A stretch of 42,124 nucleotides of DNA from Callorhinchus milii (lineage: Eukaryota): positions 1 to 42,124 of the forward strand of contig NW_024705470.1 in NCBI RefSeq assembly GCF_018977255.1. Direction: 5' to 3'. The notes beneath the pieces are model-generated. The model searched no databases. It had not been told where the DNA came from and saw only the letters and a program-made list of their open reading frames with translations. The translations under genes were made by a program, and so were the position numbers. This document shows, in pieces, positions 13,400 through 36,011 of the stretch; position 1 is the first letter of the stretch, and each line of letters opens with the position of its first letter.

Positions 13400-15030
13400 C
13401 CGCCTTTCCTGCGGGTTGTTCGCTGGTCGTCACTCTGACGAGGAGCGATGCTTCGTTCGTGGCAGGGTGGACGTTGGCGTCTTTGTTGGCTTCACTCACA
13501 GCTCTGCGACTCAGGGTAGCGATTCTTCTCAGGTGGTGCAGACCTCGGCTTGTAGCTGCGCGTCGCTACTCCGCGAACCTCGTCATTCTGGATGACGAAA
13601 ACTTCTTCGTTGTTGGCGTTGAGATGAGATGGGGCCCATGGCCCGGACGATCTGGTGGTGGGGCCCGTGGCCCAGACGATCCGCTTGGATGGATTTTCCT
13701 TCGGTTTATATTGGAAAATTCCACTCGGCTTCCCGAGTTGTTCAAAGGCTGTGTCATAAAACCCTCCTGTGGCTGAACCATCTGCGTTCGTTGTGTGTGT
13801 GTCCGTCCGTGTGTTTCGCGTGCGTGTTTGTCCGTGTGTTTATTAGCTTTGAAGACACAGCTGTGTGTCGTTCTGGAAGAAAGGGGTGGGGGTTCGTGAC
13901 GGCGCCACCTGAGTTATTCATTAACCCGACCGATGATTCGCGTTCGCATTGAGTTCTATATATATAAAAAAAAATATTCGAATCCATGTTTTTGTTACTG
14001 AATAATATTTGTCGCGAAAACCTACGCGTTAAGCGAGCTTAATTATTCCCTCCCTTGCTCGGGGATCATATCTTTTGTCTCACACAGCTTAAGTTGTTTT
14101 GGTTTGGAAGTTGAAATGCGACTTGTTTGCTGCTTGGTTCCATTATGCCCAAGTTATGCCGAAACCGTGTTCACGATGTTTCATCGTGATTTGATTTCTT
14201 TATGGGGAGATGTTATTTGCTCGTGTGCGCAAATCTTGCTGTCCGTGTTGCGGGGAGACAAAGACGGTTGTTTCCACGGTGGAAGCACCCGGTTTATTCG
14301 AAGGCGTGTGTTCATTTCCTTTGAGCCATTGCCCCAACCTTTATGGGTGTCATTTCCTGGCTTTGTGCCTGCGTGTGGAGATCCTCTCGGAAAGACAAAG
14401 ACGGCCGTGTTGCTCGCTTCCCATGGGGTGTTGTGTTTGGTTAATTTTGAGAGCCTTCTCCGCCCTTGATTTCTCTTCTACTTTAATTCCGTACTTATTA
14501 TTTGACTTCTTGTGATTATTTAATCTGATATCCCGGCTAGGGATCTTTGTTTTGGAGCGAAATAGATGCCATAATTATTCTTTGGTGCTTCGGCCCGGCC
14601 GCGTAGAAATTATTTAAGGTAAATAATGTCAGTATTTAATTAACAATGATGGGTCGCGATTCTGGTGCAGACTGTAGTCTGATTTCCAATTGGAGTGAGG
14701 ATGGATACTGTTTGCTTACTCTTCATGGCTAAGTTGGTAACTTTGTGTATCTAACATGGTTCAAAGACCCGTCTGTGCTTTTTGTCGTCAATGCTGTTTC
14801 TTTGTTAAGAATATAATTATCTCTTCCTCCGTGGTGCCTGGTTTGTAAGGTTTTTTAACGAAAGGGTGTCATTCTAACCCCCCCCCCCCCGCCTGCAATT
14901 CTCCCCTCTCTTGTTCCTCTTGTGATTGCCCTCTTTCATGCCGTCTTTCCTTTGAATTGAGGTATGCGCGCATCTGTGGAAGTGTGGGGGCGTGTTCGTT
15001 ACACGTTGCCCCGTGCCTATTAAAAAAAGA
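13400..15030 (-). mobile_element. Probable highly decayed Maverick/Polinton remnant (integrase-like and small basic core-protein-like pseudo-ORFs)
   Basis: Manual minus-strand translation gives colinear, stop-ridden resemblances: GQWLKGNEHTPSNKP, QKHGFEYF..RIIGRVNE*LRWRR, GPHLISTPTTKKFSSSRMTRFAE and RGNV*RT..QFKGKTA*KR..GGGGL. Judged by eye only. Confidence 0.4.
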
Positions 15031-15608
15031 TATTATATATGTTGGCAGAATAATTCTTTAAAAAAATAATATTAAAAAATAAATAAAAAGGGGGTACATA
15101 CACAATATGGCGAGGTCGTAGATGGTGCGCCTGCTGAACGGCTTCGTGGCGGCGGCATCACAATTTTTCTAGGTTATTTAATTCAGTGTGTCTCTCTCCC
15201 TGTCTCCTAATTTTTTCAAGCTTTTGCACCGTGCCACTCACCGTGCCACTCATTGACATGCTAATTTCTCTAACCCCTCCCTCTCTCTCCGCCCCCGCCC
15301 CCCAGCACCTGCCCCAGCAGACCCACCTCTCTCTCTGCCCACCCCCCTTTCTCTATTTAAGGCCTCGACACAGGCGTGGTTTATCTGTGTGCCGATGTAC
15401 GTCTCTCTCTCTTTGTATCTCTGTGATATCTGTCTGCTTATATGTCTGTCTATATGTCTCTGGTTCTGTGTTTTATCTCTCTCTCAAATTTTGCATTCTC
15501 AGGAAGAACGTAATCAACCAGGTAGGGTGTTGACTGTTATGTTATCCGACTCTATGTTGTATTACATTACATTTCTAAGCATACTAGATTTGTGTTTCTA
15601 TTTCATTT

Positions 15609-15651
15609 ATACCTGATGATGATTGCTTGTGTTGCAATCGAAACGTCGTAT
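15609..15651 (+). ncRNA. Minimal type-I hammerhead ribozyme motif in a PLE family A variant arm
   Basis: atac-CTGATGA-t-gattgc[ttgtgtt]gcaatc-GAAAC-GTC-gtat. Stem I atac/gtat, 6-bp stem II, palindromic ACGT stem III. Followed by the arm cgtgactttaccgaaa to ~15710. Confidence 0.8.
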
Positions 15652-15829
15652 GCAAGTATTTAATTTATTATTTTTTCTTGATACGTGACTTTACCGAAAT
15701 AACCAGAGTAGCACCCGCTAAGATAATGTGGAATTTCCACGAGTGCAGTATGACATTTGTGAATGATGTTACCATGTAAACCGTTTCAAAGTGTGTTATG
15801 GTGATACATTGGTGTGTGCTGTCCTGGGT

Positions 15830-16220
15830 CCGTGAGTGTGCATAACGCAGAGAAGCCGTTCTGCTGAAAGGTGTACGGCCACAGGTTCCGCCAGCACTGC
15901 CACCGGAATATCCACCTGCGCAAGCATAGAGGCGAAAAGCCCTACCGCTGTAGTGCTTCTCGCAAAGTTTCAGTTCCCAGCAGCACCAGCAGATACACAA
16001 CGGTGATAGACTGCACCGCTGCAGCGATTGCGGATGCGGGATCCCACAGCCCGCCGACCTGAGGGCAAACGAGCGCACGCACACGGGCGAGAAGCCATAT
16101 GGCTGCGACATGTGTGGCCAGACCTTCACGCGCTCCACCGGCCTGCGCTTCCACCAACTTTTGCACGTGGAGGAAAATATTTAGCGGTGCTGTCGGGAAA
16201 TCTTTTCGAGGCCGTCGTAG
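15830..16220 (+). pseudogene. Degenerate C2H2 zinc-finger pseudogene fragment
   Basis: HNAEKPFC*, HLRKHRGEKPYRC and RTHTGEKPYGCDMCGQTFTRSTGLRFHQLLH across shifting frames, with a stop. Confidence 0.75.
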
Positions 16221-16679
16221 GTTTTCACATTTGTGCCATTTCACGCCACATGCTGTGAATATTCTTCAATTCGTGCACTTTTGGGTTGTGCCGCGTGTTG
16301 TTCGCCATAGCACGTGTTAGTGGGAATTTCCCGGCATGTAGAGCGAAACGTCGGACATCGTGTTGAACAACGCGGAGTGGCACAACCCGAAAACGCTTAA
16401 AAATGTTCTACTGTTAAAAACAATGGGGGCATCTGAAATTTGCTCACAAAGTTCAACATGGAGTACGAAAAATAATCTTATCACGTATACGTGGGAAATT
16501 TGACAGCAACTCTTCTTCACAAAAACGCGACATATTCGTCAATAACACGATCCTAAAAGTAAAATATATAATAGGCAAGGTTTTGGATATTGGTTGTTTT
16601 CCATACCAGATAAAGAGGCCAGATAGACTGAATGCATAAAAGTTGAAGACGACAGTATACACAAGGCCGTGATGAAAGA

Positions 16680-18410
16680 TTTATTTTAAGAATGTTTCCA
16701 GATGAGCAATCTTAACTTGGAATATGTATCGCTGTGATGTATCCTTCGTATTTGTGAATCGGGCATTGCATTGTTATATGTTGTATGGTCTGTTCTGGAT
16801 GACCACAGTCGCACACTGGAGATTTTAATTTTCCATTTGTGCATCAGGTATCCGCATCTCCCATGGTTTGTGCGGATGCATTTTAAGGTGGACCATGAGC
16901 TTCGTGGAAGATCAAAATTATTTATCTGCTTTGGATTTTTCACATGGTGTTTGTGAGTTCTGTTGAACTCCCTTCAGTTTTCCAAGCTTAATCGGGGTTG
17001 AATTCGCATTGCTAAAGGTTCAAGGAATTGGACCTGTCTTGCCTCACGACAGATGTGGAGCGTATGTTCACAGGAAGTTCCTGTTTTTTATGCTAATTTT
17101 GGTCACGTGACCAGGAAGTTACGATTTTAGATTTCCAATGTACCACGCGGGCGTCGGCCATTACATAGATAAGTCAAGATGGCGGCACGCATCGCATCTC
17201 AGTGAGACCACAGCCGCACTTGTCCATTGTGGGAGCTTAAGAAGCATTGTCTGTAAGTTGTTTATATTCCTATAATATTGGCAATGCTGTTGTAATGTTG
17301 GAATGACCGTTATAGTGATGTAAATGCCTTTATGGTGCCGTTAAGTTGTTGTAGTAAATACGAGGCCTAGTTAGTAACGAAGCCTGTGACTTTCCTTATT
17401 GTGGATGTTACTTGTGATTTAGTAGGTCGAGTCAGACTTGTGCCTATGTTGCGATCCTGAGAGTGAAGATGACGAAGTATCTCATCCACAGTTTAGTGTT
17501 ATGTGTAATGCTGTACATTTGGGGTGCAGTGGGATGAATACACGATGTGCCTGTATGCAACGCACCGGCTTGTGCTTTTGTCTAGTTGTTCAGTGGTAAT
17601 GTAGGGGCCTGGTCCGTCCAGGATCTATTGTTATCTAAGACAATGTTCTGATGCTGTGGTGTTCATTGTGTTGCTGTTTCTGGATTATAACAGATGCTGT
17701 ATCTGTGTTTTCTCACCAGTTTTACCTTGTTACAATCAATAAATGACGATTGGAGTTGGACGTTCATCCTGGCTCCGAGGATTTATTGAACGCAAGGTTA
17801 TCTACTCGACTAGCGGTGCAACGCAGCGCGAGGCCGAGATAGGACCAAAATGGCTTGCATGACGTAATGCAATAGCGAGGGACGTTATTGAGGTCCTGAT
17901 GAATGGGAAGGCGGCTGTTTTGCTCAATTCGCAGGATTTCCCGGAGGGTTGCAGAGTTGTGATGGATTGGGGAGAGACGTGACAGCACGGGAAGCCAGGG
18001 TGTTGGGGTCGACTTGAAGGTTCCAGTGGTACACTGCATTGCAATGTTCCATTGGACATTAACAAGTTGAGAGTGACTACTTCTGGTCCATACTGGTTCA
18101 CAGTACTCGGCTATAGAGTACGCAAGGGCCATCATTGGTGTCCATAGCACTGGTGCTGATGCTCCCCAGCTTGTGCTTGCCAGTTTGTGGACCAGGTTGA
18201 CCCTTGTTTTGGTTTTGGCGGCTACCTTTTTCATGTAGTCGCGGAAGGTTCGCGTACGGTCCAGCTTCATACTGAGATAGGTTGGAGTGGGGTTGTTGTT
18301 TCACAGTGTTGCCAGAGAAGGTCACTTTCAGAGTGTGCTGATGATTGGACAGGTGCTGATGATATGACAACTATTTCAGGACGATATTTGTAAGTGTCCA
18401 TCAGATAATT
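16680..18410 (-). mobile_element. Vingi/Ingi-like LINE 3' part, interrupted by a solo LTR
   Basis: LDRTRTF..KLASTSWGASA..AYSIAEYCEPVW..TPTPWLPVL (17847-18270) and FDLPRSSWSTL..RTNHGRCGYLMHKW plus a C-terminal Cys/His motif (16690-16943). The frame KPFWS|NSLNL rejoins once the LTR is removed. Confidence 0.75.
17035..17841 (+). mobile_element. Solo LTR (807 bp) with a 5-bp TSD GGACC
   Basis: GGACC at 17030-17034 and 17842-17846. Imperfect terminal inverted repeats tgtcttgcctcacg / cgcgaggccgagata. AATAAA at ~17738. Confidence 0.7.
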
Positions 18411-19224
18411 AAAATCTGGCCAATCACTTTAAGGAGTACAAATGAGTTTCATCTACTAAATGGAATGCGGCTGAGATATTGTTCGCCGACAAGATAGAGT
18501 GATGAACTCTGAGCATGTGCAGATGCTGAATGTTTTCGTTGCGTTAAAGGCGAATTGGAAAACGGCCTTCGCCCATTACGATCCACCACACCACTTGCTG
18601 TAAGGCCACGTACACGTGCTCCCCGACTCCCTCTATCTCTGTTTACCACACGATCCGTGATGGGGACCAGCGGGAGCGAGGTTGAAGAGTTTCCCCACTA
18701 GCCGTGCTGGCCACTTAATGCCAGGGAAATTGATCTAGCGCATGGCCTCTGCCTGCCACGCTTATTCTCGAGCCTACCCCCTCCACGCTACTCAACATGC
18801 ACACAATGTCAATGCCACACTTTGATACACTTACAGCGGTTTCTATTGTCATAATCAGGGATAATTTTAGATGCGCGATGTGTTGATGATGCACCCAGGC
18901 CACACTCGCCATTCTCCCACTCACACCGTCTGTCTCAGGAAAACAGTTTTATTGCATTCCAACACGACCTGCCCTTTCCAACTTACCCCCTTGAGTGCTC
19001 GTGTATCTGGGTGCACCATCATATGCTACCCGGATTCTCCTGGAGGTGGTCTCGCGTCAAACTCACCCATGTTTTACCACAGGGTCCGGGAGTCTCCATC
19101 TCACACCGAACTTTGCCAATTCTCTCTCACAGGGGAAACCCATGGCCAGGTCACTCGCTAGGTTGCCGGGATGAAAACGCAGGTGGAGAGGTTCGGTTTG
19201 TGTGTTCTAGTTGACCTAAGCGCT

Positions 19225-19590
19225 AGTCGGAGTGTGTGCATGGGGTAAATGCATGTTGTGTCTGTGCATGGGGTGTGTGCGTGGTGTGTGTATGTGTGCG
19301 TGGGGTGTGTGTGTGGTGTGTGCATGGGGTGTGTGTGGGGTGTATGTGTGCGTGAGGTGTGTGGTGTGCGCATGGGGTGTGTGTCTGTTTGTAGGGTGTC
19401 TGTGTGGTGCATGCATGGAGTGTTTGTGTGGGATGTGTGCATGGTGTATGCAGTGTGAGTATGCGTGGGGTGTATGTGTGCGTGGTGTGTGGCGTGTGCG
19501 TGGGGTGCAAGCATGGTGTGTGTGTGTGTGGGGTGTGCTTGTTATGTGAATGGTGTGTATATGCGTGGGGTGTATGTGCGTGTGTGGTGC
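19225..19590. repeat. GT-rich low-complexity tract
   Basis: Degenerate (GT)n/GGGGTGTGT units. Confidence 0.95.
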
Positions 19591-19914
19591 AAGCAAGTAA
19601 AACAATCTTCATAAACGTTCCAACAAAACCATAAATGCCAAAAAAACATTGCTACAAATGAAAAATATATATTTACAAAATACTGAAAAAATTGTATTTA
19701 CAAAATACTGAACACGAGGCTTGTTTGCAAACTTTCATGAAAGCAAGACATATTGCACATTTACATCTTCTGCATTAATACTGTCACTGTGACGGTCTTC
19801 CTCGAAATTCAATACACGGTGAAACTAAACTAATATATATATACAGTTATTATATACGAGTTAAAAACATCCTTAGCTATTTCAGTAACAGTGAGTCAAG
19901 AGAAAGGAGGGTGT

Positions 19915-21515
19915 TATTGGTCGGTGATGGGTGGGTGGTTAATGTGCATGGGTGGTGGGGTGCGTGATGTGTGTATGTGGGTGGTGTGTGGGTGGGGTGT
20001 GTGCATGCGTTGGGTGTGTGTATGCGTGGGGTGTATGTGTGGTGTGTGTTGGGTGTGTGGTGGGTGGGTGGCGTGTGTCTGGGTGGGTGGCGTGCGTGGT
20101 GTGTGTTGGTGGATGGTGTGTGCATGCATTGGGTGTGTGTATGCGTGGGGTGTATGTGTGTGTGAGGTGTGTGTGTGGTGTGTGTGTGATGTGGGTGGGT
20201 GGTGTGTGGTGGTGTGTGTGTGATGTGGGTGGGTGGTGGGTGTGTGGTGTGTGGATGGGGTGGTTTGTGTGGGTGGGTGATGTGTGTCTGGGTGGGTGGC
20301 GTTTGTCTGGGTGGGTGGCGTGTGCATGGGTGGAAGGGTGCGTGATGTGTGTAGATGGATGGGGTGTGTGGGTGGGTGATGTGTGTGTGGGGTGTGTGGG
20401 TGGGTGGGGTGTGTGGGTGGGGTGTGTGGGTGGGTGGGGTGTGTGTGGTTTGGTGGGGTGTGTGTGGGTTGGTGTGGTGTGTGTGGGTTGGTGTGGTGTG
20501 AGTGGGTGGTGGAGTGTGTGTGTGTGGGTGGGTGGGTGGGGTGTGTGTGTGATGTGTGTTGTGGGTGGGTGGTTTGTGTGGGTGGGTGGCGTGTGTCTGC
20601 GTGGGTGGCGTGTGCATGGGTGGTGGGGTGCGTGATGTGTGTATGTGGGTGGGTGGTGTGTGGGTTGGGTGGTGTGTGGGTGGGGTGTGTGCATGCGTTG
20701 GGTGTGTGTATACGTGGGGTATATATGTGTGTGAGGTGTGTGTGTGGTGTGTGTGTGATGTGGGTGGGTGGTGGGTGGGTGGTGTGTGGATGGGGTGGTT
20801 TGTGTGGGTGGGTGGCGTGTGTCTGGGTGGGTGGCGTGTGTCTGGGTGGGTGGGTGCGTGATGTGTGTAGATGGATGGGGTGTGTGTGGGTGGGTGATGT
20901 GTGTGGGGTGTGTGGGTGGGGTGTGTGGGTGGGTGGGGTGTGTGTGGGTGGGTGGGGTATGTGGGTGGTGTGTGTGTGGTGTGTGTGTGTGGGGTGCCTG
21001 TGGGTTGGTGGGGTGTGTGTGGGTGGGTGGGGTGTGTGTGGGTGGGTGGGGTGTGTGTGGGTGGGGTGTGTGTGGTGGGTGGGTGTGTGGTGGGTTTGTG
21101 TGGGTGGTGGGTGTGTGTGGGTGCTGGGTGTGTGTGGGTGGGTGGGTGTGTGGGTGGTGTGTGTGTGTGGTGGGTGGGGTGGTGTGTGGGTGTGGGTGGG
21201 GTGTGTGTGGGTGGTGGTGTGTGGGTGGTGGGTGTGTGTGGGGTGTGTGGTGGGTGGGTGTGTGGGTGGGGTGTGTGGGTGGGTGGGTTGTGTGTGGGTG
21301 GGGTGTGTGTGGGTGGGTGGGGTATGTGTGGGTGGTGTGTGTGTGTGGTGGGTGTGGGGTGGTGCCTGTGGGTTGGTGGGGTGTGTGTGGGTGGGTGTGT
21401 GGGTTGGTGGGGTGTGTGTGTGTGGATGGGGTGGTGTGTGTGTGTGGTGGGTGTTGGTGAGGGTGTGTGGTGGGTGGGTGGGGTGTGTGTGTGGGGTGTG
21501 TGCAGGTGGTGTGGT
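19915..21515. repeat. GT/GGGT-rich low-complexity tract (~1.6 kb)
   Basis: Almost entirely G/T. It is the source of the spurious 400-592 aa ORFs. Confidence 0.95.
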
Positions 21516-22447
21516 GAGAGGTTGCAGGATGGCCATGTCTTGGGGTCTGGGGTCGGGTCTCCGTCTCTTCCATTCCAGGTGTTGACATCCCCGGTGGCGT
21601 CACCTGTTCCGGCCACAAACCCAGGGGAAGCATGGGTCATTAAGGGACAGGGCACTCAAGACACACAGCAGGTCTCCAAGTCGTGTCTCACGATGCTGCA
21701 TGACACAGTGCGACAAGCGAGTGGAACACGGACGAGAGAAGCAGCCAGCTGGATGCAGTGCGACACAAATTTGGATTTATCTTTTCCATGTAAAATTTGT
21801 AGATAATATGTTTTGGGGTGACGGAATGTCAACATACATTTCCTCAGGATGATCATGTATTTTTAAGCTATGTTAATTAGACATTCCGATTGTTATGAAA
21901 TAAATAGCTTACAATAAAACTGAACTCCTAGACAAAATAATCCTTTCCTTTACAATACAGATCTTTGGTTTGTTTCTGAAATTGAACATTTATCTTGTTG
22001 ATTGTACTTTAGCTGAAAGATTTAAATGTATTACGCGAGAGCTGAGCTTCTGTTAACAAGCCAAAATAAGAGCTGAGCTATTTTTTAATGTAATCTCCGA
22101 GCGAATTGTTACATAATATTATTTAATGTTTGCTTTTCAACATTCCAGTTTCCTGAAATCTAAATAAATTGGCATATTTGCCCACGTGACAACATCGTTT
22201 GATTGGCTATCAGTTAGTAGAGGGAAAAGCTGAAAATCGGCAGATACCTCGACGATCTAACCCAAAAGTAACGAATTATGAATCTAAGATTGGTCGTGAA
22301 AGCCGAGATATAATATTTTTTAACCTTTTAACGTGCACAGTACTCGCTCACTCTCACAACGCGAGAAACCACAGAATCACAATTGTCTAAGCTCCGAGGT
22401 CCTCGATACGTTAAGATGTTATCGGCCAAATAATGAGTTGCTTTAAA

Positions 22448-22600
22448 AGGTGGAGGAAACTGGAGATCCGGAAAAAAAACCCCACACATGCGAGGCGGAA
22501 ACACTCAACCCCATACAGACGGAACAGGTGGAGTCCACATTTTTGTTGTACTGCCTTCTCCTGGCAAGCCAGGATACGGCGTCCACGGGAAAGGGAGTAA
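22448..22600. mobile_element. SINE-like fragment (V-SINE-like), related to 28476-28632
   Basis: ggaggaaactggag..aaaccccacac..cccatacag..ggaacaggt.gagtc.acatttttgtt.tactgcc is shared by both loci. Confidence 0.5.
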
Positions 22601-22659
22601 TCCACCAACCCTTACCTCCACTAGACTGGAGTGGTGGGCTGCGCCAACGATGGGGGCCT

Positions 22660-34227
<11,568 letters not shown>

Positions 34228-34319
34228 TTTAAAGGTGCACACGTGGCAAAGCCAGTATCCAGGGGGCGCTGTAGCTCGAGCAGCGTGCCGTCTCCACGAA
34301 GTTAAACGCCAGAATAACG

Positions 34320-34480
34320 CGGCAGGCTAGTGACGTCACGGCATCCGGTTTATATTTCACCCGCGTGGAGAGTCACGTGGGCGTCTGTAACAACCCTTAG
34401 CTGGTTGTGACGTCACTCAATGCCTGGTGCCGTCCGCCGTGGCCCGTGCGTCACGTGGATTTAAGTGAAACGTCACCCAC
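34320..34480 (-). promoter_or_regulatory. Candidate kinase promoter: TATA box, CREs and E-boxes in a CpG-rich patch
   Basis: Minus-strand TATAAA at 34349-34354. TGACGTCA at 34331-34338 and 34408-34415. GTCACGTG at 34372-34379 and 34450-34457. The TATA box is ~120 bp upstream of the ATG at 34227. Confidence 0.55.
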
Positions 34481-34605
34481 CCACTATATGATGACATTCC
34501 ATAATGTATGTGCACCTACAATTTCTGTGTTCAGTATAATTTAGCGTGCATGTGTGTTATATACATGATACGTTGTCTACAATACATGCATGTTTGCATG
34601 TATAT

Positions 34606-35024
34606 GGGGCCGTCCATAAATGACGTCACGCGATTTTGGACGATTTTTACCCCCCCCCCCCTATTAGTCACACGGCGTCACAAAAAGTCAGACCCCCCTC
34701 AAATATGACGTCACAAAGCTCTGCCCCCCCCCCCCCACAAAACCATATTTCCATTTTGAAAATAAAACACGCTTCAAATCGCTTTAAACTATTGTTGTCA
34801 TTGTAGTGCGTATTTAATGTGGCGCTGCACTCTGATGTCGGAGGAGAAAACATTTATCAAAAAGTCTATTTAATTAAGTAGAACGTGTTGTCTACATTTA
34901 TTTAAAGTTGCGAATTTTGATGTGACGTCACATTTCTCAACCCCCCCACCCCCCTCGTCACACATCGTCACAAATGTCTGACCCCCCCCCCCCCAGGTGC
35001 GTGACGTCATTTATGGACGGCCCC
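34606..35024. mobile_element. PIF/Harbinger-type MITE (419 bp)
   Basis: Perfect 26-bp TIRs GGGGCCGTCCATAAATGACGTCACGC (34606-34631 and 34999-35024), flanked by tat on both sides. No ORF. Confidence 0.85.
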
Positions 35025-35066
35025 TATATTATACGTATGCGAGTCCATATTATTATAAATCATATC

Positions 35067-35276
35067 TTCTTGGTTCTTTCGGTAAAGTCACGTATAAGGG
35101 AAATAATAAAATAATAAAAATAAAACATAATAAAATATTTCTCACGACGTTTCGGTCACAACACAAGCAGCCGTCTATGTTATATTTTTATTATTTTATT
35201 ATTTCCCTTCTACGTGACTTTACCGAAAGAACCAAGAAGATGAATCCCTGCAGTCACGAAAGCTTTAAATCGAAAA
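35067..35276. mobile_element. PLE family A fold-back, 12-bp TSD, truncated hammerhead
   Basis: TSD ataaatcatatc at 35055-35066 and 35277-35288. Confidence 0.88.
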
Positions 35277-35376
35277 ATAAATCATATCCTTATATTTCAT
35301 GCCATTATAAATCTCAACGTTCATCCTTCAAAGTCCCATCACAAGGGAGAAACACCGACAAAAATATATTTGTTTT

Positions 35377-35493
35377 AATCTTGATTTTAAGCTTTCGTGA
35401 CTGCAGGAATCCATACTCTTTGGTTATTTCGGTAAAGTCACGTAGGTATAAAAATAAAATAAATCACGACGTTTCGGGCGCAACACAAGCGTC
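35377..35493 (-). mobile_element. PLE family A-related single arm with a truncated hammerhead
   Basis: gctttcgtgactgcaggaat..ttcggtaaagtcacgtag..tcacgacgtttcgggcgcaacacaagc. Confidence 0.7.
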
Positions 35494-35718
35494 CAGGTGG
35501 GAAAGCGTGGTCTGCTGCTGATGCAAACCACTCTACGCCATATGGACCTGCACACTCAATTCCCTGTACAAGAATACATGTAAAACGTATGGGTTGACAG
35601 GTATGGATACGTACACATAAAAATGTACCCCTCTGCCCCCGTGATGTCTGCGTGCCGAGTGAGTATTTGTGACGGCTGTGGCACTTAAGAGTGATGCCCA
35701 CAAAGTTGTAACACCTCG

Positions 35719-35950
35719 ATTTAAAGCTTTCGTGACTGCAGGGATTCATCTTCTTGGTTCTTTCGGTAAAGTCACGTAGAATGGAAATAATAAAATAATA
35801 AACATCATAAAATACAATTCTCACGACGTTACGACCACAACGCAAGCAGCCGTCCTCAGGTGAAGAACAGGTCTGTCCTAAAGGAGTTTGAAACATGTTT
35901 TATTTTTATTCTTTTATTATTTCCCTTCACCGTGACTTTACCGAAAGAAC
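35719..35950. mobile_element. PLE family A fold-back, 20-bp TSD (1 mismatch), mutated hammerhead at 35821-35863 (minus)
   Basis: cacaaa(g/t)ttgtaacacctcg at 35699-35718 and 35951-35970. GAAAC is changed to GTAAC. Confidence 0.88.
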
Positions 35951-35981
35951 CACAAATTTGTAACACCTCGTCCAGGCAGCA

Positions 35982-36011
35982 NNNNNNNNNNNNNNNNNNN
36001 NNNNNNNNNNN
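35982..36011. other. Gap of 30 N
   Basis: Run of n characters. Confidence 1.

Noticed and set aside
18900..19225. L2/CR1 reverse-transcriptase fragment (..CVLVDLSA)
   Set aside because: Only a short motif-like match; too degraded to support as a feature.
19877..21806. Long ORFs of 300-592 aa (His/Thr/Pro-rich or Val/Gly/Cys/Trp-rich)
   Set aside because: Open in nearly all frames because the GT tract lacks stop codons; no domain.
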